Below are positions 9,969 to 21,313 of a DNA stretch of 64,000 nucleotides, piece by piece; the stretch's first letter is position 1; each line of letters opens with the position of its first letter. Position numbers and translations under genes: made by a program. The notes under the pieces were generated by a model. It searched no databases. It saw nothing but the letters and a program-made list of their open reading frames with translations, and was not told where the DNA came from. The DNA comes from Cyanobacteria bacterium SIG31 (GTDB taxonomy: Bacteria; Cyanobacteriota; Vampirovibrionia; Gastranaerophilales; Gastranaerophilaceae), in contig SUTX01000005.1 of the NCBI GenBank assembly GCA_015152465.1, positions 10,528 to 74,527 on the forward strand, read 5' to 3'.

Positions 9969-10688
9969 ATGGAGCTTTTATTTTTAGATGTAGTTGATTC
10001 AACAAATAAATATGCGAAAGAGCATTTAAATGAATTAGAAGATGCAACTATTGTATATGCTGGATTGCAAACTGCGGGTAGGGGCCGAATGCAAAGAAAA
10101 TGGGATTCTAATTCTGGTGACAATATTTATGCCTCAATTGTTTTAAAACCATCAAATGAATTAAAAGAAGTCTATTCAAACTTAACTCAATATTTATCAC
10201 TAATACTAGCAGAGGTTTTTGAAGAGTACAATATATTACCTAAAATCAAGTGGCCAAATGATGTAAGAATAAATGGTAAAAAGATCTCAGGTATTCTTGC
10301 CGAAAGCGTGTTAGAGGGAAATGACTTAAAGGGTATAGTTTTAGGTTTCGGAGTAAATCTTAATTGTAAAAAAGACGATGTAGAAAAAATTGACCAACCT
10401 GCTACATCCTTAAATTTAGAAACTGGCATGAATATTGATAGAGAATTTTTCTTAAAAAAGGTCGTAGATAAGTTTTGTTTGAGGTATAATAAATTTATTG
10501 AGGAAGGATTTTTATTAATAAAAGAAGATTATATAAGAAGAGCCGAATTCCTTAATACCACTGTGACTGTAAAGGTTTTTGACAATGAAATTATAGGATT
10601 TGCTAAAGAAATTACAGATAACGGTGCTTTGAAGATAGTTGATAAAAACAATAAAGAACATGTACTGTTAATAGGAGATATTTTATGA
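9969..10688 (+). CDS. birA: Biotin--protein ligase
   Basis: VDSTN, QTAGRGR, IKWPND, KKISGIL, GFGVNLN; start refined to ATG 9969. Confidence 0.95.
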   Translation: MELLFLDVVDSTNKYAKEHLNELEDATIVYAGLQTAGRGRMQRKWDSNSGDNIYASIVLKPSNELKEVYSNLTQYLSLILAEVFEEYNILPKIKWPNDVRINGKKISGILAESVLEGNDLKGIVLGFGVNLNCKKDDVEKIDQPATSLNLETGMNIDREFFLKKVVDKFCLRYNKFIEEGFLLIKEDYIRRAEFLNTTVTVKVFDNEIIGFAKEITDNGALKIVDKNNKEHVLLIGDIL

Positions 10689-10921
10689 ATGAAACTTTAA
10701 TGCAAGGTGTTTCTGTAATGCTTATTGGTATGGGAACTGTAGTTGCATTTCTTTGCGTTACAATCATTTCGATGTTTGTAATGTCTTTTGTTATAGGAAA
10801 GTTAAATAAACTATTCCCAGAAGCTGTTCCTGCTGTTGCAGGCGGAGCTAAAAAAATTGCTACATCAAATGATGATAGCGAAGTTGCAGCTGCAATTGTA
10901 GCAGCATTATTTAAAAAATAA
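10685..10921 (+). CDS. oadG: Na+-translocating decarboxylase gamma subunit (OadG)
   Basis: Single TM (GMGTVVAFL), C-terminal EVAAAIVAAL, position before oadA. Confidence 0.85.
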   Translation: MNETLMQGVSVMLIGMGTVVAFLCVTIISMFVMSFVIGKLNKLFPEAVPAVAGGAKKIATSNDDSEVAAAIVAALFKK

Positions 10922-10947
10922 AATTTTAAGATAAAAGGAAGGTAAAA

Positions 10948-12753
10948 ATGTCAAAAAAGTTAATTAAGGTAATGGACACATCTTTCCGTGATGGTTTTCA
11001 ATCAATTTACGGAGCAAAGGTTTTAGTAGATGATTTTCTACCAGCTTTGAAAGCTGCTGTAGATGCTGGTCTTAAACACTTTGAAACTGCAGGTGGCGCA
11101 AGATTTCAAGTTCCTATTTTCTTCTGTAACGAAAATGCATTTGAAACTATGGACAAAATGAGAGAAGCAGTTGGACCAGATGTTAAATTACAATCACTTT
11201 CTCGTGGTGTAAACGTTGTTGGTCTTAACTCTCAACCAAGAGATGTAATTGATTTGCACGCAAAAATGTTTGCAAAACACGGTGTTAATGTAATCAGAAA
11301 CTTTGATGCATTAAATGATGTTAATAACTTGATTGATTCTGCTAATTCAATAAAAAAACACGGCTTAGAGCACGAAGTTACAATCACAATGATGGAACTA
11401 CCATATGGTTGTGAAGGAGCTCATGACGTAGCTTTCTATGAAAGAGTTTTAAGAAATATTTTAGATGCTGGAATCCCGTTTGATTCATTGGCATTCAAAG
11501 ACGCATCAGGCACATCTAATCCAAGAAAAGTTTACGAAACTGTTAAAATGGCTCGTGAAATTCTTGGTTCTGATGCTCATATTAGATTCCACTCCCACGA
11601 AACAGCTGGTACAGGCTTAGCTGCTTACTTAGCTGCTCTTGATGGTGGTGCTGATGGTATCGATTTAGCTATGAAACCTGTTTCAGGTGGTACAGGTCAA
11701 CCAGATATCGTTTCTATGTGGCACGCATTAAAAGGTACAGAATATGATTTAGGCTTAGATATTAAGAAAATTATGGAAGCTGAAGAAATATTTAAAGAAT
11801 GTATGAAAGACTACCCTCTAGATCCTGTATCTTTAGCTGTAAATCCAATTCTTATCCAAGCTCCACTTCCAGGTGGTGCAACAGCTACAACTGTTAACCA
11901 ATTAAAAGATATGGGGCAAATGGATAAATTCCCAGCATTAATTCAAGCTATGAAAGAATGTGTAGAAAGAGGCGGTTTTGGAACTTCTGTAACTCCTGTT
12001 TCTCAATTCTACGCTCAACAAGCTTTCTTAAATGCAACTCAAGGAGCTTGGAAAGTTGCTAACCCTGGTTATGCAAAAATGGTATTAGGTTACTTCGGTA
12101 AAACTCCTTGTGAACCTGATCCTGAATTAGTTAAATGGGCTGAAGAAAAAATGAATATGGCTCCTACAACTGAAAAAGTTGTTGATATTAACGAAAAAGA
12201 CCCTGAAAAAGGACTTAAGGCTGCTGAAGAAAGACTGAAAGCTGCAGGACTTCCTGTAACTGATGAAAACTTATTCATCGCAGCTGCTTGTAAAGATGGT
12301 AACGTTGATAAAGGTATTGACTTCTTGCTAGGTAAAGGTCAAGTATCAGTTAATAAAGGGGTAAATAAACCGGCTGGTAGTGCAACTCCATCATCAAATG
12401 GCGAATACACAGTTACTGTTAATGGTAAAAAATACTCTGTTAAAATTGATAGCGATTCAAAAGCTACAGTTAACGGAAAAGCGTATGATATCGCAGTTAA
12501 AGATGGTATTGATTCAGCTCCAGCTACATCAACAGGAGCTGGCGAAGCTGTTAATGCAAGCTTACCAGGTAACGTATTAAGAATTGAAACTTCTGAAGGC
12601 GCAAGTGTTGCGGAAGGTGATGTTCTTTTAGTTCTTGAAGCTATGAAAATGGAAATTGAAGTAAAAGCTCCAAAAGCTGGTACTGTTCAATCAATCTTAG
12701 TAGCTCAAGGTGATAAAGTTGTAAACGGAACTCCGTTGGTAACTATAGGTTAG
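10948..12753 (+). CDS. oadA: Oxaloacetate decarboxylase alpha subunit (carboxyltransferase + biotin carrier)
   Basis: DTSFRDGFQS, FKDASG, HSHET, C-terminal EAMKME biotinylation motif. Confidence 0.92.
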   Translation: MSKKLIKVMDTSFRDGFQSIYGAKVLVDDFLPALKAAVDAGLKHFETAGGARFQVPIFFCNENAFETMDKMREAVGPDVKLQSLSRGVNVVGLNSQPRDVIDLHAKMFAKHGVNVIRNFDALNDVNNLIDSANSIKKHGLEHEVTITMMELPYGCEGAHDVAFYERVLRNILDAGIPFDSLAFKDASGTSNPRKVYETVKMAREILGSDAHIRFHSHETAGTGLAAYLAALDGGADGIDLAMKPVSGGTGQPDIVSMWHALKGTEYDLGLDIKKIMEAEEIFKECMKDYPLDPVSLAVNPILIQAPLPGGATATTVNQLKDMGQMDKFPALIQAMKECVERGGFGTSVTPVSQFYAQQAFLNATQGAWKVANPGYAKMVLGYFGKTPCEPDPELVKWAEEKMNMAPTTEKVVDINEKDPEKGLKAAEERLKAAGLPVTDENLFIAAACKDGNVDKGIDFLLGKGQVSVNKGVNKPAGSATPSSNGEYTVTVNGKKYSVKIDSDSKATVNGKAYDIAVKDGIDSAPATSTGAGEAVNASLPGNVLRIETSEGASVAEGDVLLVLEAMKMEIEVKAPKAGTVQSILVAQGDKVVNGTPLVTIG

Positions 12754-12768
12754 TAAGGGAGGTAAACA

Positions 12769-13965
12769 ATGAATATTATTGATGGTTTACACAAACTTTG
12801 GGAATCAACAGGTATAATGTTGTTCCAAAAAAGCGCAGATGCTGCTTTTAATAACCCTAACCTAGAAGGCATGGATCAAATTTTCCAAGCACATGGACAA
12901 TGGATTATGATTCTAATATGTTTATTCCTATTATGGCTTGGTATCAAAAAACAATTTGAGCCTTTGTTACTTGTTCCGATTGCTTTTGGAGGTTTGTTAT
13001 CAAACATTCCAATGCTTCCAGGTGAAGCTATTGCCGGCCCTGATGGTTTCTTAGGTATTATCTTTGAAGCTGGTATTCATAAAGGTTTATTCCCATTAAT
13101 TATCTTTATGGGTGTAGGTGCAATGACAGACTTTGGTCCATTAATTGCAAACCCTAAAACAGCTTTACTAGGTGGTGCGGCTCAGTTTGGTATCTTTGGT
13201 GCTTTGTTAATGGCTTATTGTATTTTTGGCTTTACAATGCCAGAAGCTGGTTCAATCGGTATCATAGGTGGTGCTGATGGTCCAACTTCGATTTATGTAA
13301 CAAGTAAATTAGCGCCAGATTTACTAGGACCAATTGCAGTTGCCGCTTATTCTTATATGGCTTTAGTTCCAGTTATTCAGCCACCAATTATGAAACTGCT
13401 TACAACTGAAGCTCAAAGAAAAATTCAGATGACACAATTAAGAGAAGTTTCAAAAAGAGAAAAAATAGTATTCCCTCTAATGGTATTACTTCTTTGTGTA
13501 ATCTTCTTGCCAAGTGCTTGCCCGCTTTTGGGTGCATTATGTTTTGGTAATTTATGTAAAGAATGTGGTGTTGTGGAAAGACTTTCTGATACTATGCAAA
13601 ATGCTTTAATCAATATTGTTACAATCTTTTTAGGTTTATCAGTTGGTTCAAAACTTTCTGCAGAACAATTCTTAACGGTTCAAACATTATTTATTTTAAT
13701 TTTGGGTATTGTTGCATTCTCACTTGCAACTGCTGGTGGTGTAATAATGGCTCATATTATGAACTTATGCAGTAAAACTAAAATTAATCCGCTTATTGGC
13801 GCAGCTGGCGTATCAGCAGTTCCAATGGCTGCTCGTGTAGCTAACAAGGTAGGTTTAGAGGCTAATCCTCAAAACTTCTTGTTAATGCACGCAATGGGAC
13901 CAAACGTATCTGGTGTAATCGGTTCTGCTGTAGCTGCTGGTGTATTACTTGCTCTTTGTGGTTAG
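12769..13965 (+). CDS. oadB: Na+-translocating decarboxylase beta subunit
   Basis: [45 protein letters not shown]. Confidence 0.96.
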   Translation: MNIIDGLHKLWESTGIMLFQKSADAAFNNPNLEGMDQIFQAHGQWIMILICLFLLWLGIKKQFEPLLLVPIAFGGLLSNIPMLPGEAIAGPDGFLGIIFEAGIHKGLFPLIIFMGVGAMTDFGPLIANPKTALLGGAAQFGIFGALLMAYCIFGFTMPEAGSIGIIGGADGPTSIYVTSKLAPDLLGPIAVAAYSYMALVPVIQPPIMKLLTTEAQRKIQMTQLREVSKREKIVFPLMVLLLCVIFLPSACPLLGALCFGNLCKECGVVERLSDTMQNALINIVTIFLGLSVGSKLSAEQFLTVQTLFILILGIVAFSLATAGGVIMAHIMNLCSKTKINPLIGAAGVSAVPMAARVANKVGLEANPQNFLLMHAMGPNVSGVIGSAVAAGVLLALCG

Positions 13966-13984
13966 GGTTAAATATAAAAAATAT

Positions 13985-14030
13985 AAAAACGAGCTAGTGT
14001 TAATTATTCGCCACATAGCTCGTTTTTTTT
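13985..14030. terminator. Bidirectional terminator
   Basis: aaaaacgagcta ... tagctcgtttttttt. Confidence 0.7.
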
Positions 14031-14058
14031 GTATTTAATAGATTTACTAAAAAATACT

Positions 14059-14343
14059 CTACTTGTTCATGTTTTGTAGTTTATCGCAAGGATCACAAGG
14101 CTGTTGAACAGGACAAGGATTTGATTTTTGGCAAGGACAAGGTTGAATTACCTTTTTCTCGCAAGGATTACAAGGTGCTGCATAACCTGTTGCACATGGG
14201 TCACATTTTTTTTCACACTTGTTGCAACCACGGCCAAACCAGTTTGATGGATTCCAATTAGAATCATACCAAGCAGCTTGAGCTGTTTGTGCGCCTACTG
14301 CAATTATCCCTAATACAGCTAGCATAGATAATGTTTTTTTCAT
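14059..14343 (-). CDS. Small secreted cysteine-rich protein
   Basis: Signal peptide ending AQA, 11 Cys in CxxC/CxPC motifs, RBS aaggag. Confidence 0.8.
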   Translation of the reverse strand: MKKTLSMLAVLGIIAVGAQTAQAAWYDSNWNPSNWFGRGCNKCEKKCDPCATGYAAPCNPCEKKVIQPCPCQKSNPCPVQQPCDPCDKLQNMNK

Positions 14344-14443
14344 AAAATTTACTCCTTTTTTAAAAAATAAGTATGTATTCTATAGATACATACTTATTTT
14401 AAAAAGGTTTATTATAAAATCCATAACCCAATTGGGTATAGTT

Positions 14444-14650
14444 CTATTTTAAATTTAGAGAAACTAAAACTTGCTCTGCGGTAGGAACCGGTTTTTTAGC
14501 AATATTACCTAATACATCTGTTTGAATTTCTCTTAAAACTTTGCCTCTTTCAACTCCACCGATAACATATGTTTTACCGCCTAGTGGGTTAACTTTTGTT
14601 CCCATTATGCGTTCACCTTTTTGTAATAATTTTGATACATTGATGTTCAT
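14444..14650 (-). CDS. Small hypothetical protein (68 aa)
   Basis: RBS aggag upstream, own intergenic space. Confidence 0.6.
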   Translation of the reverse strand: MNINVSKLLQKGERIMGTKVNPLGGKTYVIGGVERGKVLREIQTDVLGNIAKKPVPTAEQVLVSLNLK

Positions 14651-14739
14651 ATTAATCTCCTACACTTTCTTGTTTTATATTTTTTTTAAGTTAAAGGAAG
14701 ATTAATAATTGACTAAAAAAGAGACAATCTTTACAAAAC

Positions 14740-15789
<1,050 letters not shown>

Positions 15790-15890
15790 TTATGTTTGAA
15801 AATTTTTAATTTTTGTAACAATATAATAAATAGCTAGCAAAAATATTGGTTATGGGGTTTGAGATTACTATATTAGAGAAAGGAGTATCT

Positions 15891-16493
15891 ATGGATAATT
15901 CTGTTAATAATATAAGTTTTAAAGCAAATATTGTTACTAAAATGAACGGACGTTATAGGCTAATTAATAAAGTAAGTAAATCTTTCGCTGAAAAAACAAA
16001 AAATATTCCAGGAGAGATGTGTATTTATCGTAATGCTAAGGAGTATCCTAAAGCAATAATTTTTTCTTATAAAAATAAAGATTATATTTTGCGTGATTAT
16101 GCAGATTTGATGGGGAACGATTTGTCTTCTAAGGCAGAAGTTACAGATAAACTAGTTGACAAGGTCACAAAAACTTTTGTAAACATTTTTAATGCATTAA
16201 AAGCAGATGTTATTTACGATATGCAAACAGCTGAGCTAGTTGCAAATATTCGAAGTACTAAAAATGCTTTAAAGAATAATACATATATGGCTAACAAACT
16301 GCAGGACAAAGGCTTAGATAAACTAGCAGAAAACTTTAAGGTGTTAGTTGGTCATAATGAAAGACGTTTAGCCAAGCTAAGAGCGGAATTAGAAAAATTT
16401 AATAATAATTATAGAACTAAGTTGGAAAAAATGGCCGAAAAAGAGCCAAAACTTGAAGTTTGGGCTTCAGTGATATCGTCAGATTTGAAATAA
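15891..16493 (+). CDS. Hypothetical coiled-coil protein with ISFKA leader
   Basis: RBS aaggag before ATG 15891; followed by terminator. Confidence 0.7.
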   Translation: MDNSVNNISFKANIVTKMNGRYRLINKVSKSFAEKTKNIPGEMCIYRNAKEYPKAIIFSYKNKDYILRDYADLMGNDLSSKAEVTDKLVDKVTKTFVNIFNALKADVIYDMQTAELVANIRSTKNALKNNTYMANKLQDKGLDKLAENFKVLVGHNERRLAKLRAELEKFNNNYRTKLEKMAEKEPKLEVWASVISSDLK

Positions 16494-16494
16494 T

Positions 16495-16529
16495 AAAAAA
16501 AATCTTGGTCCTAAGACCAAGATTTTTTT
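16495..16529. terminator. Bidirectional terminator
   Basis: aaaaaaatcttggtc-ctaa-gaccaagattttttt. Confidence 0.85.
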
Positions 16530-19091
16530 CTATTCTGTTACTTCTGGAGAAAGAAGTGTTGTCTGCTCACCCTGAACTTCGGCTTCTTGTTCTACAGAAG
16601 CGCTGGTCGCAGTCTCGTAATCATCGTCTTCTTTGTCAGTATTAACTATCTTATTAACACTTACAACAGTGTCATTTTCAAGTAGATTTTGTGCCCTTAC
16701 ACCAGTAGCAGGTCTACCTTGACAAGAAATATCTCCAGCTTTGATTCTTGTAACAATACCACTAGATGTTACTAACATGATTTCGTCTTTTTCTTCAACG
16801 ATTGTTAGTGCAACCAATCTTGACATACTTGATTTGAATTTAGTTGCAATTAAACCTATTCCACCCCTGTTTTGAGAACGGAACTCACTTAGTTTTGTAC
16901 GTTTTCCAAAACCGTCAGATGTGACAACCAATAAATCTGCGTCATAGTTTCTAGGAACTATATCACAACCGATAATTGTATCTGCAGAACGTAATTTCAT
17001 TGAGTTTACGCCCCTCGCACTTCTACCTAATGGTCTTAAATCTTCAATTGGGAATCTAATAGCCATACCGCAAGAAGTACCAATGATTATTTCATCATTT
17101 GGATTAGCTAGTTTAACCCAATTTAATCTGTCACCATCTTCAAGAGAAATTGCAATAATACCACTTCTTCTTATATTTGCAAAGTTATCTAGTTCAATTC
17201 TCTTAATGTAACCTTTTTGAGTTAACATAATTAAATTTAAACTATGGGAGAATGTGCTTACTGGTACAACCGCAGTTATTTTTTCGCCTTGTTCAATTGG
17301 AAGAACATTAACAATTGGTAAGCCTTTTGCTTGTCTACCACCTTCAGGGAAGTCATATACATTTAAGCTATATACGATACCTTTAGATGAGAAGAATAGT
17401 ACTTTATCATGCATCATTGCTGTAAAGAAGTGTTGAATATCATCATCATCCTTAGTTTTAATACCAGCTTTGCCTCTTGTTGCACGGTTTTGACGCTCAA
17501 ATGTGTCTAAAGAAATTCTCTTCAAGTAGCCTTGATGTGTTATGAACACAGCCATTGGAGTATTTGGAGTTAAATCTTCGATTGTAACTTCACCTTGTTC
17601 TGGTAAAATTTGAGTTTTTCTGTCATCTCCGTATTTTTCTTTATCTTCAATTAATTCAGTTTTAATGATATCAAGAACTTTTTGTCTGTCAGCAAGTATT
17701 CCTTCATATTCAGAAATCTTTTTCAATAACTCGTCATATTCATTCTTAATCTTATCTTGTTCTAAGCCTGTCAATCTTCTTAATTGCATTTCTAAGATAG
17801 CGTTTGCTTGATCTACATCTAATCCAAACTTGCTCATTAAGCCAACTCTTGCATCATCAGTTGTCTTTGACTTTTTGATTAGTTCAATTACTTCATCTAG
17901 AGAACCTAATGCAATTAGCAAACCTGCCAGAATATGAGCTCTTATTTTAGCTTTTTTCAAGAAATAAATTGTTCTTCTTGTTACAATTTCAACTCTGTGC
18001 TCAACGAACTCATTAAGAACTTCATATAGATTCAATAAGCGAGGTTGTTTACCACAAAGTGTAACCATATTGACCCCGAATGTTGTAGCAAGTTGAGTGT
18101 ATTTGAATAAGTTATTTTTAACAACTTCTGGCTTTGCATCACGTTTAAGTTCAATAACGATTCTCATACCGTCTCTATCAGATTCATCTCGCAAGTCCGA
18201 AATGCCGTTGATTCTTTGTTCTTTTACTAAATCAGCAATTTTTTCAATTAACTGAGCTTTATTAACTTGGTATGGTAGCTCTGTTACAATGATTGCAGTT
18301 CTAGATTGTCTTCCATTACCACCAGGTATTTCTTCAATAGTTGCTACTGCAGACATTTTTATAGAACCACGACCTGTTTCATATGCTTGTTTAATATCAT
18401 TTAAGCCTATAATTGTAGCTGCTGTTGGGAAATCAGGGCCTTTTATATGTTCCATTAATTCTGCAATTGTTATTTGTGGATTGTCGATTAAAGCAATTGT
18501 TCCGTCAACGATTTCTGATAGGTTATGTGGTGGAATGTTTGTTGCCATACCAACCGCAATACCAGAAACTCCATTAAGTAAAAGCATTGGTAACCTGACT
18601 GGTAGAACTGATGGTTCTTCTAATGATCCATCAAAGTTTGGAACAAAATCAACAGTTTCACAGTCTATATCAGCAAGCATTGAAGTTGTAATTTTGTGCA
18701 TGCGAGCTTCTGTATAACGCATTGCAGCTGCACCATCACCGTCCACAGAACCGAAGTTGCCATGACCGTCAACTACTAAATAACGAGTGTTGAAATCTTG
18801 TGCTAAACGAACTAGCGCTTCGTATACAGAGCTGTCGCCGTGTGGGTGATATTTACCAAGAACTTCACCAACAATACGAGCACATTTCTTAAATGGTTTA
18901 TCTGGAGTCATGCCCAATTCGTTCATCGCATATAAAATTCTTCTGTGAACAGGCTTTAAACCATCTCTTACATCAGGTAACGCACGTCCTACAATTACTG
19001 ACATCGCATAATCGATGTATGAACGTTTCATTTCTTCTCTTATATTGACAGGTACAATTTTACCGTCTGAAAACATATTTTGTTGACTCAA
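16530..19091 (-). CDS. gyrA: DNA gyrase subunit A
   Basis: [26 protein letters not shown], GyrA-box QNRATRG, beta-pinwheel repeats. Confidence 0.97.
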   Translation of the reverse strand: MSQQNMFSDGKIVPVNIREEMKRSYIDYAMSVIVGRALPDVRDGLKPVHRRILYAMNELGMTPDKPFKKCARIVGEVLGKYHPHGDSSVYEALVRLAQDFNTRYLVVDGHGNFGSVDGDGAAAMRYTEARMHKITTSMLADIDCETVDFVPNFDGSLEEPSVLPVRLPMLLLNGVSGIAVGMATNIPPHNLSEIVDGTIALIDNPQITIAELMEHIKGPDFPTAATIIGLNDIKQAYETGRGSIKMSAVATIEEIPGGNGRQSRTAIIVTELPYQVNKAQLIEKIADLVKEQRINGISDLRDESDRDGMRIVIELKRDAKPEVVKNNLFKYTQLATTFGVNMVTLCGKQPRLLNLYEVLNEFVEHRVEIVTRRTIYFLKKAKIRAHILAGLLIALGSLDEVIELIKKSKTTDDARVGLMSKFGLDVDQANAILEMQLRRLTGLEQDKIKNEYDELLKKISEYEGILADRQKVLDIIKTELIEDKEKYGDDRKTQILPEQGEVTIEDLTPNTPMAVFITHQGYLKRISLDTFERQNRATRGKAGIKTKDDDDIQHFFTAMMHDKVLFFSSKGIVYSLNVYDFPEGGRQAKGLPIVNVLPIEQGEKITAVVPVSTFSHSLNLIMLTQKGYIKRIELDNFANIRRSGIIAISLEDGDRLNWVKLANPNDEIIIGTSCGMAIRFPIEDLRPLGRSARGVNSMKLRSADTIIGCDIVPRNYDADLLVVTSDGFGKRTKLSEFRSQNRGGIGLIATKFKSSMSRLVALTIVEEKDEIMLVTSSGIVTRIKAGDISCQGRPATGVRAQNLLENDTVVSVNKIVNTDKEDDDYETATSASVEQEAEVQGEQTTLLSPEVTE

Positions 19092-19515
19092 AATCTTTCT
19101 CCTCTATCCCAAATTTCCCATATTATCATTTTATCACAAAAAAACTCTGTGTAAAGCATTATTTAATACTTTTAGCCTATTTTGGGTGTTATTATATTAA
19201 AAATTTTATATATGTAGTATATATGCTTATAATGCTTATTATATACAGTTTTAAGGAGTGTAACAATTTTTTTTTAAAAGGCAATTTTTATGAAAAAAAA
19301 TACTTTATATAGATGTAAGGACAAAGGGAATTTATAAAAAACAAATAAATAATTATTAGACCTGATGAAGTTTATCAAAGGGTTTGGGAAAAAGCTTTCT
19401 TTTTATACTCTCTCTTAATATCCTCGTGTTTATTTAATGTTTGCTCGATGCTCTATCAAGCAAACTTTTTTTTGTGCTACGCACATAGATAATTGTCTCG
19501 CTTGGAAAATTTTGT

Positions 19516-21291
19516 TTATGAAGCTGAGGCTCTCTGTTTTTCAAGTTTTTCTAACTTCTTTTCAAGATTCTCAATGCGTTTTTCTAAATCATCAATTTTC
19601 TTTTGTTTTTGCTCTAATAAATCAAATTTGTTACTAAGTTCTTTTACAGCATTTACTAACGCATAGAACATATCTTCCATTCTTATGCGCAAAAATCCGT
19701 CATCTCCCTTGAATACGGCTTTAGGGAAGATTTTTTCTAAATCCTGTGCCATTACGCCTACATGAGGTGTTTTGTCAGGGTCTTTTTTGAACGTGTAATT
19801 GAATACTTCAAGCTTTTTGATTTCTTCAAGCCCACCAGTAAAAGCTTTGCCAACATTCTTTAATCGTTTATCTGAAAGATAAATATTTGATGAAGAGGGA
19901 TGTGACTCACCATAGTACCAGTCAATTAGTCGACCACCTTGATTACTATCTCTTTGAATTTTCATTAACATGCTTCCGTCATCGCCATATTCATCAGCCA
20001 TAATGATAACCCCACCTTTTGTACCGTTTGGGTCTGCTTTTATTGCAGCTTGGGTCCTTGATAAAACACAAGTTTTATCAACAACCAATCTTCCTGGAAT
20101 ATAAACTGTTGAATTAATATCTCCCAAAACAATTTGGTTATCTAATGTTGCTTTGGCATTATATCCAATTGCTGTTGAAAATTGTCCGCTTGCTTTAGCA
20201 GCATAACCAACAGCTGTTGTATAAATATTTGTAGCTTCTGCGTTTCTATCTTCGGATTCAGAAGAACCAATAGCAATGCCCCTTTGACCTGTTGCTTTAG
20301 CATGTCTACCTATTGCTATACCACCTAATGCACCATTAGCTTTAGCATTGTATCCAATTGATATGCTGTCTTGGGTTTGAGACATACTACTATTACCAAT
20401 AGCAATAGAGTTTTCACCGATTGCTTGAGTATTGTAACCTATAGCAGAAGAATATTTGCCTGTTGCTTTTGTAACTGTACTAGCATCGTTAACTCCTATT
20501 GCAATTGTATGAGTATTAGTTATTGTTTGAGCATTTCGACCAATAGCAATGGACGTATCGGTATCTGTGGTTGCACCACTACCAATTGCAATTGAGTCGG
20601 CACCTTTTGCTGTGGCTCTATAATTACGGTTAGCCCCTAAGGCAATAGCGCCAGATTTAGTTGCACTGGAGTAGCTACCAATAGATGTAGCACATACTGC
20701 GTCTGCAGTTGCATTACTTCCAATGGCTACAGAATCGTTACCAGTTTTTGTATTATGACCTACACTGACCGCTGTGGCAGAAGTCGTATTTGCCGTTGAG
20801 CCGATAACAACTGAATTGTGGACAAAATTTTGGTTATCACCTGTAATTTTTGCATTAGCACCGATTATAACGTTGTGCGATGTGTTACCAATATTACTAT
20901 GTTTGGTTAAATAGATGCTATTATTATTTGCTGCAAGAGATATAAGGTTATTGTCTCCGTCTCCGAATGTGATTTGAGGCTTGCCGGCAGCTGTTTTTAT
21001 AAACATAGCAGGTTTGTTTACATCGCTTCCATTTGTAGATTTTAGTGGAAATTTAAGAGCTCCAATAGTTGCTGTTTGGTTTTTACCAGCCAAATTGAAT
21101 GCAATATCATTGGTTGCATCTGATGTATAAACCCAAGGGGTTGTGTTTGCCGCTTGGTTTTCTAACATTTTTCGGTTAATCATTGGTGCTGTAGCAGCTG
21201 CAATAATTGCAGTAATCAACAACACAATCATCATTTCCATTAAAGAAAAACCTTTTAAAATGTTCTTGTTACGAACGCTTTTAAGAAGCAT
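19516..21291 (-). CDS. Type IV prepilin-like protein fused to YadA-like head repeats and C-terminal peptidase S74 chaperone domain
   Basis: KG|FSLME class III signal, about 17 (S/A)IAIG-type 14-aa repeats, SDKRLK...GVMAQDL...AVKEL, terminal coiled coil. Confidence 0.85.
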   Translation of the reverse strand: MLLKSVRNKNILKGFSLMEMMIVLLITAIIAAATAPMINRKMLENQAANTTPWVYTSDATNDIAFNLAGKNQTATIGALKFPLKSTNGSDVNKPAMFIKTAAGKPQITFGDGDNNLISLAANNNSIYLTKHSNIGNTSHNVIIGANAKITGDNQNFVHNSVVIGSTANTTSATAVSVGHNTKTGNDSVAIGSNATADAVCATSIGSYSSATKSGAIALGANRNYRATAKGADSIAIGSGATTDTDTSIAIGRNAQTITNTHTIAIGVNDASTVTKATGKYSSAIGYNTQAIGENSIAIGNSSMSQTQDSISIGYNAKANGALGGIAIGRHAKATGQRGIAIGSSESEDRNAEATNIYTTAVGYAAKASGQFSTAIGYNAKATLDNQIVLGDINSTVYIPGRLVVDKTCVLSRTQAAIKADPNGTKGGVIIMADEYGDDGSMLMKIQRDSNQGGRLIDWYYGESHPSSSNIYLSDKRLKNVGKAFTGGLEEIKKLEVFNYTFKKDPDKTPHVGVMAQDLEKIFPKAVFKGDDGFLRIRMEDMFYALVNAVKELSNKFDLLEQKQKKIDDLEKRIENLEKKLEKLEKQRASAS

Positions 21292-21313
21292 TTAGCCCTC
21301 CTTGTTTGATATC

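Noticed and set aside
14365-14401. 15-bp-arm AT-rich palindrome upstream of the Cys-rich gene as an operator
   Set aside because: Position fits a terminator for the 68-aa gene upstream; no second copy seen
19437-19637. Alternative-frame ORF overlapping the 3' end of the pilin-S74 gene
   Set aside because: Low-complexity translation of an A-rich coiled-coil region, with no start signals
19516-19900. Prophage remnant suggested by the S74 tail-fibre chaperone domain
   Set aside because: The domain is fused in frame to a pilin and flanked by gyrA and an oxidoreductase, with no other phage genes
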